Shown in pieces: positions 38,002 to 51,269 of a stretch of DNA of 64,000 nucleotides. A program made the position numbers and the translations under genes. Source of the stretch: Vicugna vicugna (Eukaryota); NCBI GenBank assembly GCA_013265495.1, contig MU058790.1, positions 62,001 through 126,000 on the forward strand, read 5' to 3'. The notes below the pieces were generated by a model. That model was not told the DNA's origin. It made no database searches and saw nothing but the letters and a program-made list of their open reading frames with translations. Numbering within the stretch: the first letter of the stretch is position 1; every line of letters begins with the position of its first letter.

Positions 38002-38153
38002 GGGGGGAGGGTATAGTTCAGTGGTAGAGCGCATGCTTAGCATGTACGAGGTCCTGGGTTCAATTCCCAGGACCGCCATTAAAAAATTAATAGATAAATA
38101 AACCTAATTACCTCACCCCTCCAAAAAAAAGTAGAAATAAAAAAAAAATTTTT
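38002..38153 (+). mobile_element. tRNA-Ala-derived SINE (vic-1-like)
   Basis: tRNA head, aaacctaattacctc motif and A tail; TSD aagcactctg / aagtgctctg. Confidence 0.9.
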
Positions 38154-38368
38154 AAGTGCTCTGACTCTTACTGAAGTATTTAGCCCTCTTCCGTATCTCT
38201 GATATACCTTAGGGAAAGTTAATACTTCTTTTATCTAAGTGTATTCTATCCTTGCTACAATGAATCATTTCAGAGCTCAAATTTAATTAAATCAAAGCAT
38301 AGAATTTTCCAGATTAAGAGGCTGACTGTTCTGGTGTCTCACTTTTTCTCTTTTATCATGTCTCTATC

Positions 38369-38483
38369 CAGTGGCGTATCATGGGGAGTGGTGGGAGTGG
38401 TCTCTGGGTGTAAGCAGTAAGGGGGCGCACCGTTTGTAGAGAATTTATAGACAAAACCAACCAAAAGCTGATCTGCTTTTTTA
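38369..38483 (+). mobile_element. MER97-like hAT-Tip100 5' end
   Basis: cagtggcgta...taagggggcgcaccgtttgtagagaattta...ctgctttttta matches a recalled MER97 start. Confidence 0.5.
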
Positions 38484-38519
38484 TATTTGTTTTTCATATG
38501 AAATTATCTTTGTTTCATC

Positions 38520-39175
38520 TTCACTTTTTAACTGAAAGTTTTATTGATATAATTATGAATTCATATACAGTCATAAGAAGTAATAGAGAGAAATCCCCTG
38601 GATCCTCTTCCCAGTTTACCACAATGGTAACATTTTGCAAACATCTACTATAATATCACAACTAGGATATTGACACTGATAAATCCACCAACTTTATTCA
38701 GATTTCCCCAGTTTTACTTGTACTCATTTGTGTGTATTTAGTTCTACACAATTTTATAATGTTTAAGTTTCTATGTCCACGAGCACAGCCGAGATACTGA
38801 ACAATTCCAACACCACAAGGATTCCTCATGTTGGCCTTTTATAACCACACCCACCTCCTTCCCCTTCCACTGTCTTTAATCTCTGGCATCTGCTAATCTG
38901 TTTTCCATTTTTTTTTAACTTTTATTTCAAAAATGTTACATAGGTCAAATCATGCAGTATTCTTTTAGGTTTGGCTTTTTTACTTAGCACAGTTCTCCAG
39001 AGATTCATGTAAGTTCTTATGTGTATTTTTTCTAAGTAATAGTCTATGTATGTACCACAGTTCGTTAAACCATTCATTTCGTTAAACCATTCACCCATTG
39101 AAGGACATCTAAATCGTTTGTTTTTTTGCTATTGCTAATAATGCTGCTATGAACATTCGTGTACAGGTTTTTGTT
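38520..39175 (-). mobile_element. Old L1 (L1MB/MC-like) 3' end
   Basis: aatggtaacattttgcaaa...tcacaactaggatattgacactgata...ttcacccattgaaggacat. Confidence 0.75.
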
Positions 39176-40177
39176 CTTTTTTTTTTTTTAATCACCGTGT
39201 GATTCTAAGCCATCTGCCAGACCATTCCTATCAACTTGCTCCCTGCCTAATACACAACTCTCTCTGCCACAACTGCTGCAGACACCATTCTCAATAGTGC
39301 TCCCAGTATTGCTGGCATTGGAAGTTTGGCCTGTCTTCCCTGGACTTGGGGGGTGGTAGAGAGAGGAGAGGGCAACTGTGATGACAGTTCTGCCAATAAG
39401 AAAACTTGGATGAATCCTTGACAAGCCTCCTGCTCTTCTCTTCATCTGCTCCCTTTTTCTCATATTGAATAATGCTCTCCTTATTTTCTGATCCAAAATT
39501 CAGATAGAACTACTTTGCTTAGCTTAATATATCCCAGCCACCTTATAGATTAAAAACCAGTCTATAAATAAACCATGCTTAGGTCAGGTGCTCATGCCAA
39601 GTGCAATATGTAGCCATTCCTGAGTAAAGAACATCTGCTTCCCTAAACTATGGGGCAGGGTTATTTCGTCCGTGGGCTGTGCAGTTTCGTGTGTGTGTGT
39701 GTGTGTGATTTCTAATAGGAGGCACTGAATGGGCAACTACCATGTCCACTATGCATAGGTGATTCTCTTGGTAGACTAGATGTCCATCTTAGCCACAAAA
39801 AAAGAAAAAAATCAGTAAATAACAAAACATTAACCTTTTTATAATAATCTCTAAAATAAGGTTGTAAAATGAACTCAGAGATTATAAGATATAAAATTAT
39901 CTATAAACTAGTGAAAAGTTAGGTGATATACATCAAAAAAAACTTTAGTTTTGGAACAGTTGCTTTGTAGCCCTTCTTTCTTTTAATAGAGTACAAGTTT
40001 GGTTTACCAGTAAGGTCCCCCCGAGTCCAAGATAATAAAAATGTAATATATAAAAGTGCTTTGTGTACCATTTGTTTTTTTAATAACTGAGAACAACAAA
40101 AAGAAAAAAAAGTTCTCAAATAATTAAGATATAATTTTTTAGGTGACTAGGAATAGGGAACACCTCTTACTCTAATC

Positions 40178-40338
40178 CAGGGGTTGGTAAACTCTGGCCA
40201 GCCTGCTACTTGTTTTTGTAAGTAAAGTTTTATTGGAACACAGTCATGCCCATTCATTTACTTCTTGTCTGTGGCTGTTTGCACACTACAACCACATACT
40301 TGAGTAGATGCAAAGGCTCAGATATTTACTCTTTGGCC
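40178..40338 (+). mobile_element. MER58A-like hAT-Charlie MITE
   Basis: caggggttggtaaact...taaagttttattggaacacagtcatgcccattcattta...tggccctttacggaacaagtttgc. Confidence 0.8.
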
Positions 40339-42098
40339 CTTTACGGAACAAGTTTGCTTCAATTTAGTTATTAAGAGACCACTCCTCTCTAACGCTGATG
40401 ATTTGGGGTGGTATTCTGAGTGAGCAATAACTGTGAAAGCCTATGTTAGCTCATGCAGCTTACTCCAAATCCCTAGCCTACAAAATTAAAGGAAAAGTCA
40501 GTACATGCTACAATCTATTAATTTTCATGGAGATTTTCTTCATTAGGCATTATTGGGGATGAAAACAAGTCAACAGAACTTTCACTGAGTAATAATACTG
40601 CCTCATGTAAAACTCTGCCTTGAGACACCCAGATTGAAATATCTCAAGTTAGAAGCTGGCATACATAAAAATATCTAAAAAGATGAAGCATTCAGTAAAA
40701 TAAAAAGGTATATTTTGGCATGAAGAAATTTCAATATCCATTACTGGATAAGCCCAGGCATCAAATTTGCTGCCCTTGTTAGGAGGAACTGCAAAGAAAC
40801 TTCCTCATTTAAAGCACCCCAGAGTGGGGGCAGTTGCCCACATTTTGTGTCCTATAGGGAAGATACATACCATACCAGTGACGCTACGAGTGTCTGTACA
40901 AAGTTCCAGCTTCATCCCTGAGATCCTTAGAAACCATTTTGGGGAAAGATACTCTTTGTGAAGTAATTAGGGGTCATTTCTAATTAGGACTGTATTGTCA
41001 ACATATCCTACATATCCAAGGATGACATAGAGTGACGTTAAGTGGGACCACAGTGGGAAATATGGGATTTGCTATTAGACAAGGTGGGCTGGCATCTCTT
41101 GGACCACTGAGGTTAATGTATATTGATGGTGGCTATCTAAATCTTGTAAGGGCTGAATGCTTAAGATTCTTCTGTAGGGAATTTAGTAAATACGCAAAGG
41201 TCAATTTTACTGAGTTATCAGACATTCAATCTGTAAGCCTCTTTAGCCACAAATATAGCTCCACCTTCTGAATTACAAAACAAGTTCCCCTTGGGTAGAT
41301 TCTAGCACATGGGGTGAATTTTTCAGTTCATCTCAAACTTTGCTTTGGTGTTTGTCATAAAAAAAAAAGACCTAGTTCCTTCCCAGAAAAAAAATCACAG
41401 TTTTTTCTCCCACTTTTAAAAAACTGTTATCAAGGATAGACAAGGTTTTTTACTCAAACTTTGAAAACATAATTTGCAGCATCATAAGATTACCTTAAAA
41501 ATGTGATGATGACTGTAGGTGGTGAAAATGCTTTCAGTGACTCATAATTAGATAACACCCAACTTGGAAATAAGAGCAAAAAAGTACTTTTTACCAGAGA
41601 AAATGTAATGAGATGTTGCCATCATTTAGGCTGTATACTGGTGCTTTACAAACATAAAATTATAGCTTTACAAAAATGGCGAGTTAGTACTTACATCTGA
41701 ATACCCTAATTTTACATACTTAAAGTCCTTAATTAAAAAAAAAAACAGCAACAACTCAATTGCAAGTTGACAAATAGGGACAAAATTCCTTGCCAAAAAT
41801 AGTCATTAAAAGCTAATAGTTACAGAATATATTTTACACTGACTTTAAAAAAAATTTGTGTTAAAAATCATAAAATAAAAGGCATAAAATAGGAGCTATT
41901 ATTAATGTTGTAATGGTGAATACTGGGTTCGGGTTGCTATTTTAATGGCATTTATTCTGTACAATATAGCTATGTGGTCTGACATTCATTTCTCTTCCTC
42001 ATTCCTCTTATTTAGAATTTCTTAGAGTAAAGAGAATGCCATTTCTTTAACTATTCAATGATCATCCAGAAGCAAACGTACAGTGCAGGAAGATAATC

Positions 42099-42104
42099 TT
42101 TATT
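42099..42104 (-). terminator. DYNLT3: Probable distal DYNLT3 poly(A) signal AATAAA
   Basis: TTTATT on the plus strand, about 1.7 kb past the stop. Alternative hexamers at 43451-43456 and 41951-41956. Confidence 0.55.
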
Positions 42105-43818
42105 ATATTTTAACTAGAAATAGAGCAGATAGCAAGTTCACGAGGTATATTTGATTATTATTCTTTTAAAATCAGGCTTCAATAACAATAAACAAAAACA
42201 AGCCTTAGCTGCACAGATATTTTGGTCACTATTATAATCTTCAAGGGCACAAAAGCCAGCAGTGTAAAATAACATAAAGGTGATGACTGAGAATTTTTGC
42301 CCAAAATGTAGATCACTGCATTAAACCCTCCTTGTATTTTCTTAATATTCTTCTTAAACATTCAACAATTACTGTTACTCAGCAAAATATCCAACATGCA
42401 CATAGTATTCCTACAAGAATACTATCTTAATATTGTCAGTACTAAGCTTTTCTTTCCCCCCAGAATTCAGTGAACCATGGTTCCACTCCCTATATGTAGT
42501 AGTGTTAGTGGTAATATGCAAAACTGATTTTGTTTTCAAGACTAACTAGTGTATTGACTTCACATTTGGTGGCCAGCTGTGTACCCTAATTTTTCATCTT
42601 TTATTTTCTTAATAAATTTAACTACATTTCATAAGCCCTGAGATATTCAATAACCTGCTAATGATTGTGTACTTTTAATTTATATTTGACTCCACTCAAT
42701 TTGAACCCCGCATAATAAGTATTTAAAATTATTATTTACAGAAGATTGTAACTAAAGCAATGACAAAAATGTACTATTTGTAAATTAGACTGCTAATAAG
42801 GCCTTTAACTACAAGTTGCATATTTTATGCATTTTTTTTTGCTTGCTAGGAGCAAGTCTTAAAATTACATCTATAATTCTGTCAGCAGTAAGTGCTTTTC
42901 ATTTGCTTACTTCTATCTGGATAGCCAGATTCACTTTTTGCCTCTCTTGTAAAACAACTTTTTTTTTCCTTCCCCAAACATAAATGTTAGTTATTCAACT
43001 CAACAGGTACCAAAAGGAACTTAGAATTTGAACAGCATACTGATAACTACAATGCCTAGCAGAGAAACAGCCCATAATAGGCATTCAATAAATACTTGTT
43101 CCACATGGAATGAGTGAACTGTAAGGCAGCTGTTAGAGTCATATACTTTCATCATACACTGTAACTATTTTGTTTAATTGGGGAATTCACGTTACCAGGT
43201 TTAATTTGCCCTCTAATATAAATCCAAGAATCTGACATTTTAAAAACTGATTCAACAATTCTCAGAAAATGTAAACAAGTTAATAATAGTTGCTACTTTA
43301 ATATTAGCTGATAGAAAAAAAGGAATGGAATTACTTTCCACTAAATCATGTGTACAACTAAGTGAGGCAAAGAAATAAAAAGCTAAGAAGTGTTAACTGA
43401 CTATTACCATTTTCCTCCACATTTATCCTTGCAGCTTTTTTGCTCATATATTTATTCCTGTTAATTTTTCTCGCTGAAAGAGAATTTAAGCATCTGAATG
43501 GATTTCCCCATCTCCTTAGGTACATATAGTTAGTGAAAAGCCAGTGTAAATATAAGATTGTATTGTCAAGTCATGCCATATTTCTGCATTTGATTTTCGC
43601 TAACATTAAATTTTTCTATTTAAATGATGCTGTATAGAATATGAGATAATCTGCCCACTATGAGATTGCTTGCTTGTACTAGTCAGTTTTTGTTGATAGT
43701 TTTGAAGCATATTGCACACTTGTCATCTAGCACATTAACAAGGAACTGTTACTCTTTTTAGAAAGGATACACTGACAAATTCTTAAGTTAATGGCTTTGG
43801 CCGAACATTTTTAGCCTG

Positions 43819-43895
43819 TTACAGGACAATAGCAATGGCAAACACGTTGACGATACAGTTCATGGTTCGGTTCTCCCATCTTACAGTACAGGTTC
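43819..43895 (-). CDS. DYNLT3: DYNLT3 exon 5 coding part with stop
   Basis: ttttcag|GA ACC...; (G)TCTVRWENRTMNCIVNVFAIAIVL*; TAA at 43821-43819. Confidence 0.97.
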
Positions 43896-44185
43896 CTGAA
43901 AACACACACACAAAAAAAAGGACTTTGAAATACCAGCAAAACATCAAAATTACCAGGGAATATATATACATTTTTTCAAAGGTTTTAATATCTTATTTCC
44001 TGGAACCTGTTAAATCTTTGCATTTCATATTTGTCTGAAGGCATACTTGTTACTAGGTACAAAGTAATTCTGTTGATAAATTCTTATGAGGATTTAATTA
44101 GAGATAAATAAGAATCTGATAATAAGTGCACTATGTGACTTTGCTAGAAGCTGGATTTTGTTTGAATCAGCTTAAAGTCTCTTAC

Positions 44186-44263
44186 CATCAGATGTGGTGT
44201 CCCAAAAACATGAGCTGGCTGTGTGAAAGCCATATGCACTCCTCTGAACCACTGCACAGGTCA
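44186..44263 (-). CDS. DYNLT3: DYNLT3 exon 4
   Basis: 78 bp, tag|...|gtaag; (V)TCAVVQRSAYGFHTASSCFWDTTSD. Confidence 0.97.
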
Positions 44264-44900
44264 CTAAAAATAAAGTTGCTGAGTGAGAACAATTACAAAG
44301 GAAAAGATAACTGTTTGAGCTCAGAACTCTAAAAGCTATTTAAAAAATAACAGAAAAGAAAGCATTCAGCCAAAATAAGTCTCTTGCCTCAGTGATCTAC
44401 CACCACAATTTTGACCCCACTGCATAAAGCCTGTCTGTTGCCCCCGTGCCAAAACAATGGTGATTGTATTGCAGGAAAAGTCTGGGCCAAATTATGTGCC
44501 TTGTCCCATGGGCACAATTCAGACACAGAAACAAAGAAAAGATTCCACTTTACAATCATTGCTTGGCACTTCAAAGTCCTACATGTGAGAAGGCATGGGG
44601 CTACTGAAAGGAAGACAGGGTGAGGGAGTTTCAGAGGAAAGAGATAAGTGATGCAAATGTAACAGATGATGCTACCAAAGACAAGTAGATGGTTGGCAGG
44701 AGCTCAAACTGCTTTTGAGTAGCAAAAGATCTCCATCTTTTAAGTATTATCATAGATTATCTTTGGATAAGTAAGTCAGAAGTCCTTCATACCCTATTAG
44801 TATCCAACGTGAGTGTCTATCACTCATTTACATTCTCTAAATTCAGAGAAACCACATGGACGAAAGTGAGTAAACTAGCAAGGAGGACGCTGATACTTAC

Positions 44901-45024
44901 CAATATACTTATAAGCTTTTCCCAGCTTAACCAGATGTGCTAAGGATTGTTCCACTATGCTTGCAGTCCATTGGTTAATGTTGTTCTGATTATAATCTTC
45001 ACCTCCCAAGACTCCATCTATACA
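44901..45024 (-). CDS. DYNLT3: DYNLT3 exon 3
   Basis: 124 bp, tag|...|gtaagt; CIDGVLGGEDYNQNNINQWTASIVEQSLAHLVKLGKAYKYI, carrying the Tctex-1 family YKY motif. Confidence 0.97.
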
Positions 45025-45659
45025 CTAAAAAGGCAGAGGACAATTATACAAACTATACATACACTGCAGCAAAAAATAAAATACATTTATAACCCAATAA
45101 AACATCTTAGAAAATATGCACCTGGTAAATATTTTGCATTGTCGCTAACTGTTTTAGAATTTTCAAAGCATTTCCGCATGCATTCTCTCACTCTGTGAGA
45201 CATTATGGGCCATATAAAGATAACTGGGACATGGCCTCTACTGTAAAGAACTTAACAATCTAAGAGAGAAGCTAATAAAAGAACTCTATAACACGAGGAA
45301 GACTAATCAAGGGTGATAAGCCATGTCATAAAAGGATTATGGGGGTGGAGATTTTAAAAGGGTGCTATCAGTTGGTTAAAGAATGGCTCTGAAACAGCTG
45401 GGATTTGAACTAGGTTTCAGATGCTAGAAACAAAGGATGAAACCAATTTTGAAATATATTTCTCATGTACAATAATTATATCCTCATTTATATTATGTAA
45501 CTGCTTAGCTATAAAACAATGAACACACTTGCCACTAAAAGTAAATAATCAGCAAACACTACTTTTCAGGTGCTCTAGAAGAAGTTAAAGAATATTCCAC
45601 AGTGCTTACTTTCATCCACTTCTGAAGCTTGTTTAGGAGCACTCGTTTAGTATCACAGT

Positions 45660-45895
45660 TGTAGGTTCATGGTCACCTCTGCCACCTCCTCGCTGTGTGA
45701 CCTTTTGCAAGTGACTTAATCTCTTGAAGCCCCTATTTTCCTTATCCTTAAAGTAGGGATAACAGCCTCATCTTATCAAGTTGTTGGGAGGATGGGGTGA
45801 GATAAGGAATGCCATGTGCTCATACACAGTCACTGCCGCAGAGTAGGCATATAAGTAATGATAGGTATCATCACCGTCATCATCATGATTGCTGC
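45660..45895 (+). mobile_element. MIR SINE in DYNLT3 intron 2
   Basis: ctgccacctcctcgctgtgtgaccttttgcaagtgacttaatctc...aaagtagggataa. Confidence 0.8.
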
Positions 45896-45899
45896 TGTT

Positions 45900-46310
45900 A
45901 TTTTATTTTTTCCAGTTTTATTGAGACATAAATGACATATAACATTGTGTGAGTTTAAGGTATACAACGTGATGATTTGTCACATGTTATATCATGAAAC
46001 AATTACCACAATGAGGTTAGTTAACACATTCATTTCCTCACATAGTTACCGTGTGTGTGTGGTGAGGACACTTAAGATCTACTTTCAGCAACCTTCAATA
46101 CAGTGTTGTTAACTATGGTCACCATGCTGTATACTAGCTCCTGAGAACTTAGTCATCTTATAACTAGAAGTTTGCACCCTTTGACCAACATTTCCCCACC
46201 CTGCGGCAATCACCATTCTACTTTCTGTTTCTGTAAGTTTGGTTTTTTTTTTAAGATTCCACATATAAGTGAGATCATACAGTATTTGCCTTTCTCTGAC
46301 TTTTTTTGTT
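45900..46310 (-). mobile_element. L1MA-like 3' end in DYNLT3 intron 2
   Basis: tttattgagacataaatgacatataacattgtg...agattccacatataagtgagatcatacagtatttg. Confidence 0.85.
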
Positions 46311-49144
46311 TCTATTATTTTTTATTCAAGTGATAGAGCCTGGAGAGTAAGACACTCATTCAATTTATTTATAGAATCCAGCTTAATAAGACAGACACAT
46401 ACACACACTCACACAAGCACATGCAGGCAGCTTTCATTTACTACAATTGGACTATAGTAAAGGTTCATAAAGGCACTAACTACTATGGAATCTTAAGCTG
46501 GATAGTATAAAATCTTCACTAATCATAAAATGTAGAAAGAGACATTAAATTTAGAGGGGTTGAAGGCAATAACGTAGCTCAAATTATTACCCTGGAATGT
46601 TCAGTAGCATGAAGAGTTAGGAGAGTCAGTGGCCCAAGGTCAGGGGAGCAGGGTTTTAATTCTGGCTTTACCATTCCCAAGCTGACAGCCTTTGGGAAAC
46701 TTCTTCCTCCCCCGAGACCGCCTTTCCTTCATGGGAAACTAGGGGCGCTCGTTTCCTTTCCAGTTCTCTAAACAACAGAAACATCAGGGGCCTGTGGACC
46801 CCACGGTAAATAGCCCTGCTAATGACTATTCATTAACATTTAGCCTTCTTAATTACCATTAACCAGGATACTAGATAATGAGGTCTTTAACCTGCTCCGT
46901 GGTCCCAGGGCCAAACTCGGCCTGGACACGTAGCAGGCACACAATATATGTTTGACGTTGAGGTAGTAACTGGCTTTGGTATACTCTCTGGGTATCCTGA
47001 ATCAAATACATGTTAGATTAAGCTGCAAGTTAATTCTATTTGTAACTCACTTTTTCAGTGAAAATTTGTTTCTGGGCAAATTCTTTTATTGACAGTAAAT
47101 AAAATACATACATATCACTGATAGGTGAGTGGCTCTAAGACTTCAGCAGGAAAAAATATATAAGTACAGGAACTCAGAGCAAGGAATGTAAGGAAAGAAA
47201 ATAAGGAGATCAGCCAAAGAGAAACAGAAATGCCTGCTGAAACTATACAATCATCTGGGAAGTGCTGAAAAGTTTTCACATGGTGCGCGCACGCTCTCTC
47301 TCTCTCTCAAAGCCTTTCTAAAGCCTCAGTGGCAAAGAGACATGGCTCACAGGGACAGAGGGGAGGGAAGAGAATAGACAGGTAGCTGAAAGCCACCTGT
47401 GGCAAACCTGACATGTCTTTGAAGTCTCAGATTTCATATGAACATTTCACATGAAGCTGGCTTTTGACTCCATAATGTATCAGTTTGTTTTTATTTTAAA
47501 ATGGTGTTAAATTATTTATATTACTTAACTCTCTCATGCAAGGAGGTAAGCAAAACTGATGCTCTAAAACGCACCCAGAATCCCATCCCTACCTGTTTCC
47601 ATCCCCAGTCTCCTTCCCCAGAGGAAACAGCTTTGGGGTACAACTGTTTTTTACCTCTTAAGGGTCACTTATATGTCGGCAAGTGTTTATATCACGAGTT
47701 CTTGATTTATGAATTATACACAACATCCTTAGAGCTCCTGCTATGATAGATGAAAATTTAGTTCTCTGAGACCACCTGCCAACTCCTACCTCTGCCCCCA
47801 TCCCCTACTTCCCTCAGTGCAGTGAATTCACTCTTTTTACTTCAGTATATTTACACCATTAGGAGCATGCTTCTTTTCTATTCCACATGTTTCCTTCTGC
47901 ACAGAGCATTTTTCCTTATCATCCCTGGCCTTTTGTCCCACCTGTTATTTTTCCTCTCCATGGGGGTGGAGCGAGCTGCCGGTTGGTGGGTGACAACCAT
48001 TGTTTCACCCTTCTCATCTGGGATAGCCCATCTCCCAATGCCTTGGACATGGGTATTTGGCTCCTCCTCCCTCCACCCAGACCAATGAAAGGCACCAGCC
48101 TGGCTAAGAGTTTCTTTCTGCTGACTCAGATTTTCCCTTGGATGCCTTTTCCAACGTCTGAATTGACCAGGTAGGGAGTTAGCAAAACGAGCTCCAATCT
48201 CCAACCCAGTCTTTATCAATAATAACTGCGATGTTTTGTTCTCTTTCTACTGACTCTTTGGTCTTTTCATTTGGTTCGGAACATGGGTAAAGAAGGTATC
48301 ATTTAAAAGACTCCTCAAATACCCCAGCATCCTTTTCTTCATTTCCCAACCACCAAGGACAGTCTGTCTTGACTTTCCACTTTGAAAAATGAGGCTGTCA
48401 TCATCCTGCCCGTCCCATGACCTCCATCCCTTGCAGGATTTTCAGGTGCATATCCAGCCCTCTCAGACCTCAGGTTGATCCTAGTTGTACAAGGCCAGCC
48501 CAGGGTGAGTTCCGGGTGAGCTCATGCCCTGAGCATTCAGGCAGGTAAGGCAATGTCTCAGGATGGACTGATGAGGTGTTCAGTGCACAGAGGGGCGGGC
48601 CAATCCAGCCGAGCCAAAAGGTAGGCAGAGCCTGTTAGGACACAGACCCCAACAGCCATTCCCGCAATACAAGCCTGCCTTCTGGGCCAGCTCATTTTTC
48701 TCTCGGATTTGGCAGTTAAAAATGACTCAGGACTATTAAAATTGTTCATAAATACCTTACCCACAGTGTAGTCTGGTTGTGATACCACTAGAATAATTAA
48801 AGTTCCTCTGCCAGAATTGATTCCCAAAGAGAACATCTTGTGTATTTGCCTAACACGAGGACCAGATGTCATGTTTCAAATATTGTTCTTAAGATTTTGA
48901 TTTACTATCATATGTGTCTAAAAGGTGTTAAGGGATTATTTTTCCAATTATATTGAGTGTAAAAAAAGCATATAATAACCCAAAGCAGATATTTCTAGGG
49001 TCTTTTATTTACTTGATATATATATGTATATACTACAATTATATGTTTATTATACTATACATATAATTTACCTATACACATATAATTTCTTCTATACATA
49101 TAATTTACCTATACACTTTTACAGCATTAACATTTAAAATAATA

Positions 49145-49288
49145 TTAAAAAAATTTTTTTGTTTTTTTTTGCAGGGGGGAGGTAATTAGGGTTATTTATT
49201 TATTTTTTTAATGGCGGTACTGGGGATTGAACCCAGGACCTTGTATATGATAAGCATGTGCTCTGCCACTGAGCTATACTTTCCCCTC
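49145..49288 (-). mobile_element. tRNA-Ala-derived SINE (vic-1-like)
   Basis: Reverse-strand tRNA head and gaggtaattagg motif; TSD ttaaaataata at 49134-49144 and 49289-49299. Confidence 0.9.
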
Positions 49289-49586
49289 TTAAAATAATAG
49301 TTGACCCATGGAATACAAGTTCTTTTATTCAAAAGACAGAGAATCAATTTTAGAAAACAGCAAACCAGTTTTCTAGACCAGTACTTAAACATCACTTTCA
49401 GACTAAGCCCCAAGATGCCCGACAGCATCCAACACAACATAGACACACCCCTATAAAGAATTAGTAACTATTAAAAATCTTGTTTTAATACCAAGGTTTC
49501 TAACTTTGTACTGAAAGTCAAAACACAGCTTTTAAAAATTTCAATCAATGCATGAGCCTTTAAGATGAACAAGATATAGAACTCAC

Positions 49587-49628
49587 CTCCTTAACAATAT
49601 TGTGGGCTTCATCAGCATTGAAGCCAAC
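49587..49628 (-). CDS. DYNLT3: DYNLT3 exon 2
   Basis: 42 bp, tag|...|gtgagt; VGFNADEAHNIVKE. Confidence 0.96.
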
Positions 49629-51269
49629 CTAAAGAGGGAGAACAAAAGATAAAGTTGCTTTCAACACAGACGTCCTTTTCCTGGTAGACTATGTTACACA
49701 GAATACCCTAGGCTGGCCTAGACAGGTGTTAGTGACAGGAGACCACAGTGAAAAGGGGCAGCAAGTCTGCTGAATCTACTAATCCCACCCTGATCACCTC
49801 TGAAATCGCAAAATGCTTTCCCCACCTACCTCCCTGGAGATTTTGATGCATTATGTTGAGACAAAGCCTGGGCAACTACATTTTTTTTTTTAAAGTGCTT
49901 TACTGGTAATTCTGATGAACATCTGAGATTGAGGATCATTGTATTGTAAAGCTCAGGAAATAGCAGAAGGTGGATATAAGGATGTATGTGTTATCAGTAC
50001 ACAGCATATGGTTGCAGCTAAGTGAGAATGAGGTGGATCATGAGAAAAAAATGCTGAATAGATAATTTTCTGTTTTTTTTAACTTATGCTTGGCAAAAAT
50101 GTGGCTTTCCTAAGTTAAAGGTTATGAAAATACTTGATCATTCCAAATTAATGTCACTTTAATACATAATAGGTCTGGCAACTTAGTCTTTCCTGTGGAG
50201 ATACAAGTTTGATACAGTCTCGAGTTAAAAGCAAGTATTTTATCTTTGTTTTATATTAAAAAAAGATTCTGTTGGAAAATAAAACTAGCCCATGCTTTGC
50301 AAAAAAAAAAGCAAGTATTAATGACAAGGAAGTGTCCAAGAGTAGAGAACTAGGCTATGTGACAAGATTGCAGTCTAAACCAAAACACTTCAGGTAATAC
50401 ATGCTTTGTTTCTATGGAGATATTTTTAGGTGCTTTATGATATCGGGTTTGTAAATCCCACTGCACAACTTAAAATTAGTTCAAAAGCAAGTAAATTCTA
50501 AAAATAAGTCTCATCTTGAGTACAGATTTAAAATAGTTTCAACTCATTTAATTACACCAGATAATTCCCCAACAACAAAAGAATAAAAATACCCTAAATA
50601 ATTAGGAATATATCATGAAAACAGGTCTCACAACTGACCCTATTAAAATGATCATTTTACCTTAAAGTAAGGTCCTTATCTATTTTCAAAAATGGCCTAC
50701 AAATTAAATGATGTCCATTTCTGGAAGGTCACCAGATAATCAGGTTGTACTGGGTGGCCACCGATGCTACCTGCATCATAGAAGTTATGAATTTAAATAT
50801 GGTCTTAGTTTCTGCAGAAGCCCACGCCCTAAAGATGAATGGTTCAGAAACCCCTTCCAGTAGTCTAATAATACACCATTTTATGCTGCAACTCCACCAT
50901 GTGCCTGTCTACTTTTATTTCACCGCACCATTCACCTGTGGCCACCACTGGGCAGAAAATGTCTTTGTTCTGCCCTGTCACAGGTTATGCTGGGATCCAA
51001 CAGGCCTCATCCTCGTCATGGTTAAAGTGAAACCAGAGTTGTAGTTGTGTAAGTCAGAGGCCCGGGTTCAAGCAGAGCATCTGTCATTCCTGGCAGTTCT
51101 AACTTTGAGCAAGTCACTTAGGCGCCATGAAAGTCAGAGTACCCCATCAGTAACAGGAAGATGACAACTGACATCACGGGGCTCTGGTGAGGTTTCGTGG
51201 AAGCCAGAGTCAGTAAGCAAGAGCTCCTAATCCATAAAGCACCTCCTTCCAGACCACCCAGGGGAGAGT

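Noticed and set aside
38415..38430. CTCF-like agggggcgc
   Set aside because: The 5' half of the motif does not match, and it lies inside a MER97-like transposon end.
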